Below, piece after piece: positions 35,940 to 46,837 of a stretch of DNA of 64,000 bases. A program made the position numbers and the translations under genes. Every line of letters starts with the position of its first letter. The stretch's first letter is position 1. The stretch covers positions 7,998,001 to 8,062,000 of the forward strand of contig CATNEN010000025.1 of the NCBI GenBank assembly GCA_950097015.1. The letters are read 5' to 3'. Origin of the DNA: Macrostomum hystrix (taxonomy: Eukaryota; Animalia; Platyhelminthes). The notes under the pieces are model-generated. The model had not been told where the DNA came from and ran no database searches. It saw only the letters and a list, made by a program, of their open reading frames with translations.

Positions 35940-36172
35940 TATGAGTGTACATTAGGGGTAGAGTTTGGTTGACAGTGAGTGTACATTCGGGGTAGAGTTT
36001 GGTTGATAGTGAGTGTACATTCGGGGTAGAGTTTGGTTGATAGTGAGTGTACATTCGGGGGAGAGTTTGGTTGATAGTGAGTGTACATTCGGGGTAGAGT
36101 TTGGTTGATAGTGAGTGTACATTCGGGGTAGAGTTTGGTTGATAGTGAGTGTACATTCGGGGTGGAGATTGC
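35940..36172. repeat. 34-bp minisatellite between XPD and SPTLC1
   Basis: GAGTGTACATTCGGGGTAGAGTTTGGTTGATAGT, about 7 units; related degenerate units at 35215-35350. Confidence 0.9.
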
Positions 36173-36599
36173 TTGTAGGGGAATTTACCATATGGTCATC
36201 ATCTTTAAATATATATTCTCTCTAATACAATACCTTGACATCTGCGTTTTATCTTATTATTTCCGGTCGCCAAAAGAAGTAAATCAAATATCTGATAAAA
36301 ATAAAAACAACTGTTCATATCGAACTTTATTGATGTATTAAACCTTAGAATAATGCAATTCTCTGGTTAAAGTCATATTCAGGCACAGGAATTATTTAGA
36401 AAGTTCCTTTTTACTTTTAAAAGTTTCAATGTGAACGAGATGAAACATACACTGGTATGTTTAGCGTTGCTAAAATGAAGCAACAAAAATGTCGAAAGTT
36501 TTTTGAACTGCGAGATGAGTTCGGAGTGAAAATAGTTCGTATACCGGGATCTAGAATGCCAAAATGAAGCTGGTTAACCAAAATAATCAATTTAAAAGA

Positions 36600-39500
36600 T
36601 TAAGCAGCTTCATTAGCGTAGCGTCGTTGCAATTCAATGTCGCGCAGCTGTTCCAGAGTCAGCAGGGACACGCCCAGCTGGTCCTGCCTAGTGAACGGCT
36701 GGGCCATCTGCTTGAGAAAACGCCTGGAGATCTGTACGGCTTCGTCCACAGACAAGTTTAGCACAGCGTCGCTGAGGTTCTCCTAAAAAATTCAGTTTTC
36801 AGTGGTGAAAGTAAGTATAATTAAAGTATGGACAGCACAAATCAAAGGCCAGGTTGAAGGTTAAAAAATGATTTATGTTCACGCACATGGCCGACGATTA
36901 ACTTGACTGTGTAAAACTTCCTGCAATAGAAATCTCTTTCTACCACCAAAAAGCGAGGCATATCTGAGGTTCTCAATCTCTGCTCAACTAGGCTAAAGTG
37001 AATAGATAGGGCGCACAGTGTTAAGAGTAATTCATAATTCAGCTAGATAGCCAAAAATATGACTCCATATTTTGCTGGAGTGGCTTTGAATGTGACAAAG
37101 TTCAAAATTTAAATAGGCGGACCATCGATATTTAGCCAGCGCACTTGGCAAATGTTCTACTTATTTATTTTATTTGCTATTTGTTAGATTTATAACGAAG
37201 CATAGTCCTAGCTTGCTGCTAAAACTCATTGACGCCATTGCATAGCAAGTTGACAAAAAATTTATACCGCATCACGTTTTTCAACACCTCATCTAAACAG
37301 TTACTATTTAGTACTTTGCGTCTTAGTTCGGAATGTACTTTTAATTAAAAAGATCTTAAATTGCAGTTGGTGTACGTAAGGTACAGAGAGTTTTGGAGTG
37401 AGGTTGGTTAGAGGCTAGTGTACGTAAGGGATAGAGAATTTTGGAGTGAGGTTGGTTAGAGGCCAGTGTACGTAAGGGATAGAGAATTTCGGAGTGAGGT
37501 TGGTTAGAGGCTAGTGTACGTAAGGGATAGAGAATTTCGGAGTGAGGTTGGTTAGAGGCTAGTGTACGTAAGGGATAGAGAATTTCGGAGTGAGGTTGGT
37601 TAGAGGCTAGTGTACGTAAGGGATAGAGAATTTCGGAGTGAGGTTGGTTAGAGGCTAGTGTACGTAAGGGATAGAGAGTTTTGGAGTGAGGCTGGTCAGA
37701 GGCCATGTTGGGGATAGAGAATTTCGGAGTGAGTTAGAGGCTAGTGTACGTGAGAGATAGAGAGGTTGTGTAGTGAAATATAACAGAATCATCAGAGTAA
37801 ATCACGAGGGAAAGAAATTCTAGTAGATTTCAGCATACCTGAATCCATCTAGGCAGTTTCGTCCTCTTGTCGGCCCTAGCGAATCGCTTGTCGGCAAACA
37901 GCATAATGCCGTAGTCTGTCTTGCCACGCAGTGCCCGACCAACGCATTGGGCCGCGTGTCGCATAGCGTCGAATGTAAGAAAGTCATTCTCTCGAATGTG
38001 AAAATGCTCGCGCAGATAGTCTAGTCGAGTTTTTAAAATTCGACTCTGCGTATAGACATACGGTACACCGAACATGATGACGCAACGGCCAAGGTGATGG
38101 TCGAAGTCGATGCCTTCAGACACTTTGCCTCGAGCGACTGACAATAAAATGGCACCACGACCGTTCTCGCAGGCTCGCTGATAATTGTAGAGGGCTATGC
38201 TAGTCTCCTGGGCGTCCTGTGTTTCAATAAACACCAGCTTGTACTTTTGCACCTGATCTATTATCTTGTGCTCATACCAGGAGGCAAAAATTGTCTCCAG
38301 GTACAGGTAGCTAGGAAAGAAGCACACTAGGCCGTCTGGTACAACGCGAGCCATCTCCAGCAGCAGGCTGCCGTAATTGCGCATCACGGCGGGATCTTCG
38401 CGACTTTCGTAGCGGGAGGTGATTGTTACCTGTGCCGGGCGGTAGCATTGGTAAGTGTTCTTATGATATGACCAAAAAAGTGGCAAGCAATACAAACTAA
38501 ATACGACCTTTTTGTTTCAGGATACAAGGATTAGAAAAAACGACCCCTTAATTTTTTCGTATATGTCTAGCAAAAAAGAATATTATTTTAGTATATAGAA
38601 CTAGCAAAACATGACCCCCTGCTAAGAATCTCTTGCTGGAGTATTTCACACAAAACATTCTACGATAAAAAGCCTTTATTTATCTGAAATTAATATACCT
38701 GATCGTTACCCTTGGCAACTATCATGGGACAGATGCACTGTCTGGCTAAGGTGACAGTGAACGACACCATATTGACTGGACGAAAGTCCAAAATGCGCGG
38801 ATACATCTCCAATGGTGACAGAGTACCAGATGTAACTAGAACGGTTTGAAAGCGAGCGAACACTGGCCGGACAGCAATGCTAGCGTCCATGCAGGTCAGA
38901 TGCATGATAGGATTAATCACCGTAGGCGCTCTATCGTCGAATGGCTCCACTAGGAAACAGAAGCCGCGCAGATAGGTTGCTAGGAGCGTAGCCAGGTTGG
39001 CAACGCGAAATAGGCTGCCAAGTTCCGGAGATTCAGCCACTTCCAGTGTCGCTAACAGGCTGCGCAAGCGTTCGTGACAGAAGCGCAACGGCTTGCGATC
39101 TAGGCAGACGCGTTCGGCGCAGTCGCGCAAAAATGCGGCTGGACTCTCGGACACGACGTGTACAACTCGAAGGCGCAGCTTCAAGTATTCCAGGAAGCGA
39201 CGCAGGAAGGCAAGAAAGTGCTCCGCTGTGCGAATATTTCCGGGCACAGCTTCGCGCAGGACCTTTGGTGGGAAGGGAGGCAAGTCGTGAGTAGCGAATG
39301 TGAATCTTATCTTCACAATAGAACTACCGTAATATAAATTTAATTGCTTCAAATTTACAAATATTATTGGTTTTCAACTTCTAATTCAAACTAGGTAACT
39401 TCAATTTCGCCCACGGGGAGGGGGGATGCTCTTGTGTATTGGGTAACCGATTGAGTAACTTCAATTTCGTCCGCGAGAAGTTACTTAGTTTAAAAAAGAA

Positions 39501-42500
39501 GTTGAAAACCAAACAGTGAAGTGCAAAGATGCAAAGTACAAAGTTAAGCAAGATGCTCAAAGATATCTCAAACATAACTAACAAAGAGAACTTTCTTAGA
39601 TATAATCTACAGAGATTTTAGAGCGAATCTACAGAGATTTTAGAGCGAATCTACAGAGATTTTAGAGCGAATCTACAGAGATTTTAGAGCGAATCTACAT
39701 AGATCTAAGAGCGAATCTACACAGATCTAAGAGCGAATCTACACAGATCTTAGAGCGAATCTTAGAGAACTCTTAAAAAAGCGGAGAATCTTAAAGAAGC
39801 ATAGAAGTGCACCGCGCACACTAACCTGATCAGGCAGCACAGGATTAGCCAGAATAAGATCTGTCTCCCTGGCAGTCTGGGCCTCTCTAAGATTATTAAC
39901 CAGTCGATTGTATTCCTCTTGCAATTTGGCAGCGTCCTGTTGTTTGATCTCTCTGACACGATTTTGCAAACTGTTCAGGCCTAACTGAGCGCGATCTAAT
40001 GAGCGTCGACTCAAGGTAACGCTCATTGATTCAATGCAAACATTGTCAATATTGTGAGCCTCGTCGAATACAACAATGCTAGACTTAGGCAGCTGTTTGG
40101 AGACTAATTCGGATATCTTGGGATCTAGCAGATAGTGATAGCTGTACACTATGATGTTGGCCGTTGACATGGAGTAGCGAGCGAAGAAGTACGGACAGAA
40201 GCCTTTTCGTCGACCGTAGGCCTAGAAACAAAATAAGGAGGAACTAGCTTAATAGTTGCATTTGTAACAACAAAATATATTGAGAATACTTATACTAGTA
40301 AGAGAGGAGCAGAAGAGAGGGGAGAAAAGACAGGAAGGAAAGCAGAAGAAAGGACGGGAGAAAAATACAGGAAGACGAGCAGAAGACAGGACGGGGGAGC
40401 AGAAGACAGGAAGGGGAGCAGAAGACAGGAGGGGATCAGAAGACAGGAAGGAGAGCAAAGGGGAGCAGAAGACAGAAAGGGGAGCAAAGGGTAGCAGAAG
40501 AGAGGGGAGAAAAAGACAGGAAGGGGAGCAGAAGACAGGAGGGGATCAGAAGACAGAAAGGGAGCAAAGGGGAACAGAAGAGAGGCGAGAAAAGATAGGA
40601 AGGGGAGCAGAAGACAGAAAGGAGAGCAGAAGACAGAAAGGGGAGCAAAGGGGAACAGAAGAGACGCGAGAAAAGACAGGAAGGGGAGCAGAAGACAGAA
40701 AGGAGAGCAGAAGACAGGAGTGGGAGCAGAAGACAGGAGTGGGAGCAGAAGACAGGAGTCGGAGCAGAAGACAGAAAGGAGAGCAGAAGACAGGAGTCGG
40801 AGCAGAAGACAGAAAGGAGAGCAGAAGACAGGAGTCGGAGCAGAAGACAGGAGTGGGAGAAGACAGGAGTGGGAGCAGAAGACAGAAAGGGAATAAATAA
40901 ATAAAAGTGATCTCAAAAGTAGAAAGGATTAAGTACTACAAATCAAACTGATAAAAGCAGCCTTCCAAACCTTCAGATCATCCAGATTGTAAACCCCAGG
41001 CGGCAGCAGAAATTCCCGACCATGGGCGTCAAATTCTTCGTAAAACCGACAGCCCGGAGGTCCATCAGCCTCTGAATCGGCTGCTGCGGAGGCGTTGACA
41101 GCGGCGTGACGCCGGCGATCGCGAACAAAGCTGGCCGTCAGCTGATGACAGGCGCTGTCTATGGCCCTACCATCGCCGGTGTTGCCTTCCAAAACATCCG
41201 GATTAACGCAGAGATTCTTGCGCGAACTCAACGCCATGCCAGTTAGATTTAAACTGACGCCACTCTTCGCGTAATAATCAAACAATGTTTTCATTTCTTC
41301 TACAACTTTCTCCAACTCTGGCACTGTGCGCGAGCAATAGACCAATTTGCTGACATGCTCCGGACAATGATGCAAAAAGGCCACGGCTAGGGACAGGATT
41401 GTGATAGTCTTGCCTGTGCCTGAGGGCATTTCTAGTACACAATGACCCTGTCGAATCGTGAGTGAGTGACTAACTTGCTTTATTGTTGGATTTGCTTAAC
41501 CCTTTGTTGCCAGAAGTACAGAATCTTATGATTTTACCTTGGCGTCAATGCTTCTTTTGAACTCCACCATGTAGGAGTACTGCTCAGGATAGATATACTC
41601 ATATGGGAAGAGAACTGGTAAGCCATCGACATTCAACCTAAAAATATCATAGCATGGTAGAAATGTAATTTTTCAGTATTTAAAATCTAAGTCTACAAAC
41701 TGACTATAAAAGCTCGGAAGCATAGCTAATAAGTTCCTGAAAAACCGAATCATTTTTGTCTCACTTTATTATTCTATATAGCTATCAGAAGTTGTGTTGA
41801 ATATCTAACTAAGCAGTCTTTGAAATAGGTAGCAACTAAGTTGTATCAGTCAATTTAGTTGGTATATATCAGGGGTCGGCAAACTCCGGCCCGCGGGCCA
41901 GATACGGCCCTCGAAGCTCCCGAATCCGGCCCGTTGCCCATTCTGACATCTACAGTGTCCTGTTTCATCTCTCTCGTGTCTAATCTCTCCCGTGTCTCAT
42001 TGCTCTCGTGTCTAATCTCTCCCGTGTCTCATCTCTCCCGTGTCTCATCTCTCCCGTGTCTAATCTCTCCTGTGTCTCATCTCTCCCGTGTCTAATCTCT
42101 CCCGTGTCTAATCTCTCCCGTGTCTGATCTCTCCCCCGTCTAATCTCTCCCGTGTCTCATCTCTCCCGTGTCTCATCTCTCCCGTGTCTCATCTCTCCCC
42201 TGTCTCATCTCTCCCGTGTCTCATCTCTCTCGTGTATCATCTTTCTGTGTCTCATCTCTCCCCTATCTCATATTTATACAGTCAATGCGTAAAGGTTCTC
42301 TCTTTGGCCTGCCAGCAAATAAGTTTGCCTACCCCTGGTATATATGATTATCTGGACATTTCATTTTGTTATACTTAGCTAGGCCCAAGCTAGTTCTATA
42401 TAGGCTATGAAACTGAACAAATTTCATGTAGCAATAACTTTAAAACATTAGTTTTTATTTTGAAAAAAATTAATGAGAGATGGCCCAAAACGCAAATTGG

Positions 42501-44043
42501 TGGTTACCAAAAACCTAAAATAAAATATGTACCCTCAATATTAAAATTCTGCATATTATTTTTAATAAAATTAACAGCAAATAAAAAACTATAGTTAAAT
42601 TATAGCCAATACAATAGCCAATAGCTAGTAAACCATTAGTCATTACCCTTGACCACTCCCTAGCTGTGGTAGTCTTGTGTGGTGGTCTTGGTCCTGTAAC
42701 CATAAAAATCACAATTTGGGCAATTTATATTTAGCATTTTTCAATGATACTTATGGTCTTTGTATTAGGTAGGGCCTTAGCTAATGAAATAGCTATTAAT
42801 GTTGGCAGTTGTTATTTGTAGGTCTACAGTGACCATACAAATAACAAAATGGCTATTCATATGGTAACAATGATATGGTAACAATGATAAAAAAAATCAC
42901 AATATAACCAATGTACAACAAAAATTGTTGTCAAAGTTTGCCCATTAAAATTGTTGAAATTTAAGTGTTAGGGATAGAGGCAGAATTAATCGAAAGTTGG
43001 ATACTTCCATGTCACTATGTTGTCATGGTCTTAGCCCAGCTGTGTCAATTTTTTAAACTTATATCCCAGATGCAATGCAGGCATGAGTTTGAAAGTCAAC
43101 TTATTTTCTTTCAATGTGACACAAATAATTATTCTGGCAATAGATATGGTGTGGTGAAGACAACAAATAATATTTAATAATTACCTAAGAAAGTCAAATT
43201 ATGAATAAAATGCATGTCAAACAACAGTTAAGCCCAAAATAACAAAAACTGTTTTAGCAGTATTGTATCATAACATTTTTTAGTTTGTAGTTGTTTTTGT
43301 ATGAGTACTCACCATATGAATAAACATTTTGCTATTTGTAGTCACCATAAGATTAGCTGTTTGTTATTTGCTATTTATAACATATAACCTATAGGAAATA
43401 ATTATATACAAGCCATTCAGCAATTTAAATTTTATCTTGATTCATTTTAGGTTCTGACAACTTCAATTTTTTACTATGAAATATAGATTGCCATGCAAAC
43501 AGTTTACTTAGAACATACATGCGCAACACCCGGCCGACCTGGCCGAACCGGCCGGGTGAAACGAAGGCCAAGCAAGGTAAGTCGCAAAAACCAATCGACC
43601 AAGCACAAAAAATCATAGGGGGGACCAAGGGACAAAAAAGGTAGGCGTGAAGAAAAGGAAAAAGGGGAGAGAAAAAGAGAGCAAACTAAGTCGTAAATAG
43701 AGCAATGAAATGAACAAGTCGCAAATGAGAGCAAAAACTAAGTCGCACGGCCAGCTAAGATTTGGGACGTTGCGCATGTATGACTTAGAATGGAAATATA
43801 TATGTCCAGATTATATCCTGATAAAATAACCAAATTCTATGCAAAATAGCCTAGTTTTCTGCTACAAATATTGACTATAAATTAAGGTTCATTTATTTTG
43901 GCAGGTGTATGCTAGCTTAGTGGCTAAACTGATGCCCTTGTCATGGACATCGACATGTTAGCTAATTTAAACGTACTAAAATATTTTATGGACAAAAATA
44001 TGAAGTGTATCTATCGATATGTGATTATAAATACTTACTTCAT
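36600..44043 (-). CDS. ERCC2: TFIIH helicase XPD (Fe-S DNA helicase)
   Basis: Exons 44043-44039 (ATG AA|gtaagt), 41637-41538, 41447-40971, 40221-39826, 39262-38699, 38429-37839, 36782-36600. Motifs [18 protein letters not shown], four Fe-S cysteines (RKNLC, SACH, GCRFY, FCPY), [34 protein letters not shown]. Confidence 0.96.
37365..37760. repeat. 48-bp minisatellite
   Basis: GCTAGTGTACGTAAGGGATAGAGAATTTCGGAGTGAGGTTGGTTAGAG, about 8 units. Confidence 0.9.
39605..39770. repeat. 22-bp minisatellite (ATCTACAGAGATTTTAGAGCGA)
   Basis: About 7 units. Confidence 0.88.
40310..40890. repeat. Purine-rich composite repeat (GCAGAAGACAGGA.. variants)
   Basis: Recurrent GAGCAGAAGACAG core; XPD intron. 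Confidence 0.85.
41870..42337 (+). mobile_element. hAT-type MITE family A (intact) with internal 16-bp minisatellite
   Basis: 16-bp TIRs CAGGGGTCGGCAAACT / AGTTTGCCTACCCCTG (1 mismatch). 8-bp TSD GTATATAT at 41862-41869 and 42338-42345. Internal (CTCCCGTGTCTCATCT)n at about 41965-42265. Lies in XPD intron 1. Confidence 0.92.
43514..43782. mobile_element. hAT-type MITE family B (269 bp)
   Basis: Perfect 14-bp TIRs CATACATGCGCAAC / GTTGCGCATGTATG. 8-bp TSD ACTTAGAA at 43506-43513 and 43783-43790. No coding capacity. Confidence 0.92.
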
Positions 44044-45586
44044 TATTTTCCTTGTCTTGTTGTACAAAACTAGAAGCAAATGCTCTTTGCTTTTTCGCTT
44101 TTTTTGTCTCTTCCTAAACTAGAGTGTGAAGTAGTTTTTAATAGTGAAGACAAAAAACAAGGATATGTGCTAGTACTAGAAAAAATAAGTAAAGGAAGCT
44201 AATTTCTTTCGTTACTGTGCGTACGAATAACTTAGTATTTTGACAACCAGAGTACAGTTTTCATGATTGAGTTTATGAACTTATAAGTGACTAATCGTGT
44301 ACATATCTAATAAATTTCGTGACTCAATCCGTTAATATTAAAATAGGTAGAAATACATACGAATTCCATCGCAAAACAATTAAAAGCAATAAAAAAACGC
44401 TACATAGCATATAATATTGTTTTCGTTTTGTTCTAAAATAAAAATTTTATTTCTTTTGGTAACACTACCTTAACTTTTGATTTATTAGCTATAAAAAAAT
44501 TATAATAAGTCCGGACCTCCCTTGACGCTGATTTGGCACATTTATTGTCCCGAAAGTAGCAAGGTTATTTATTCCTTTTCTCGCATTTAACCTTCCAATT
44601 CACAAATTAACTGATCAAAATACTTTGATGTAGTGTATTTTGTAGTGTCAGCTTGTTTGTCCTTCTGTCCCCCGTGTTATTTATTATTCTGAGTTATTTC
44701 TCGGTTGTCGCGTGAATTATTTTAGGCGCGCATTTTTTAGCTAAGAGTCACTCACGCCCAGCCGGGCCGGACCAGCCGGGGGAGCGGACGCCACCACCAC
44801 ACGAGCGCTATCCCTGGGCTACAGTCTCGGCCAATCAGCGAGCGACCCGGCCTCACTACCTGTCTAGCCTCGGCAAGAAGCCACCCCGGGGCTCAGGACC
44901 GCGGCCGCGAGTCTACTATGATTTGTCACCTTGGCTCAAGCAACAGGCGGGCATACACCTCGTCGATCGATCTAATTTGGGGTTAAAATAACCCTATAAA
45001 AGAAAGCGTCTTTTTGCAGTGACTTTTTATCTCTTTCCGCAATCCACCTCACTACGTGAGAACACGGACTACTCAAGTAGAACTATCTACTAGTGGTCCT
45101 TGCGTGAGAAGCATGTGCAAGCAAGTCCACTTTGTTTTGTCCCGCCCCGCCCCGACCACACTCCGCTTGTTCAGTTGGGTAGCTTTCGGCACTACGCGTC
45201 TTGGGAGTGCGCCGCTGACAAGGCAGGTCTAGATAGGCGCTTGTGATCGAAGTCAGTACGTGCTCTCTTCGGAGTATTCCTTTGTATCAAGTTGAGTAAG
45301 TAAACGAGAATCAAATCAAACCTTATTCTTATATCTAGAGTCGGCGAGTCTACGAGAGTCTACGAGATTACGAGTTGGTAATAAACGCTGAATTTAGTAA
45401 AAAGCGACTTGAAGTTGCAAGTTTAAGTTTCAGTAAATACTTAGAAATGTAAATTTGCACCAAAATAATGAAAATGATGCTGTGATGCAGAATTTTATTT
45501 TTAATCCTCGCAAAAGAGACGAAAAAATTATTAAACTCATTAAGCACAAACGAGAAAATTGTAACTTATCTTCTTTGTTCATTAAT

Positions 45587-45900
45587 AACTAATAATTAAT
45601 AATAATAATTGATTACACCTGTCCGATTGGGCCAGATGTGCAGCTGACAGCACAGCCGCAGCTATTGCGCGGCGCATCTGAAGGCTGCGTACAGCTGTTC
45701 AGTCCATGGACTGGGGGGACGCCACACCCACCTTCAATTATCCCAGCTAATGCTGGTGCCCATTTAACAGCTGGGTGAACTGAAGCAATGCAGAGTTAAG
45801 TGTCTTGCTAAAGGACACAAATTGTTCCAGTGAAGTCAGGAATCGAACCCCCGACCTTCAAGTTGTGAGTCCTACGCTCTAACCACAAGGCTACAACCTC
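45587..45900 (-). mobile_element. tRNA-derived SINE with CORE-like central domain, full length
   Basis: A box GTGGTTAGAGC and B box GGTTCGATTCC. Central TGTGTCCTTTAGCAAGACACTTAAC...CAGTT..CTGTTAAATGGG resembles the MIR/CORE domain. (ATT)n-like tail. Candidate TSD TGTTCA(T/A)TAAT at 45576-45586 and 45901-45911. Confidence 0.85.
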
Positions 45901-46209
45901 TGTTCAATAATTAGGTCAACACCCCAACAGTAGGACTTTCAGTGGTCTAATATATACTTATAAAGCAAAACAAATGACGGCCTGATTGAACCAAAAAGCC
46001 ATGCAAAAATGAGTAAGTAATTTGGAATTGAATTCATTTTACGCATCGCACCTATCTTCGCTCAGTGCCTTAATCATATTGACATTAAGCTAACATGTTT
46101 GATTGTTTTTTGTTACTTTTCACGACAAAACATTGAGAAAAAAATAAGATTTAAAAATTGATAGGAAAGTTCCCAAATCGGTAGAGACTGCATAGTAGAC
46201 TGGTGGCCA

Positions 46210-46735
46210 ATAGACTGATAGACTGATGGACTGGGAGACTGGTAGACTGGTAGACTGGGAGACTGGTAGACTGGGAGACTGGTAGACTGGGAGACTGGTA
46301 GACTGGGAGACTGGTAGACTGGGAGACTGGTAGACTGGGAGACTGGTAGACTGGGAGACTGGGAGACTGGGAGACTGGGAGACTAGTAGACTGGTAGACT
46401 GGTAGACTGGGAGACTGGGAGACTGGGAGACTGGGAGACTGGTAGACTGGGAGACTGGGAGACTGGTAGACTGGGAGACTAGTAGACTGGGAGACTGGTA
46501 GACTGGGAGACTGGTAGACTGGGAGACTGGTAGACTGGGAGACTGGTAGACTGGGAGACTGGTAGACTGGGAGACTGGGAGACTGGGAGACTGGGAGACT
46601 AGTAGACTGGTAGACTGGTAGACTGGGAGACTGGGAGACTGGGAGACTGGGAGACTGGTAGACTGGGAGACTGGGAGACTGGTAGACTGGTAGACTTGAG
46701 ACTGTTAAGACTGGGAGACTAGACACGCAAAAATT
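46210..46735. repeat. 8-bp repeat with two variants (GGAGACTG / GTAGACTG)
   Basis: Direct reading; just downstream of the GPCR stop. Confidence 0.92.
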
Positions 46736-46837
46736 GTTTAGACAATTCGACATTCACGAGATACAAAGATCATACTCTAACGCTCAAGATAAAAAGTGCA
46801 ATTACACTCTAGGGGGTTAAGCGGGAGGAGGGCATCT

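Noticed and set aside
45825-45900. tRNA gene
   Set aside because: A and B boxes are present, but there is no complete acceptor stem and the sequence continues into the CORE-like body and tail, so it is a SINE head.
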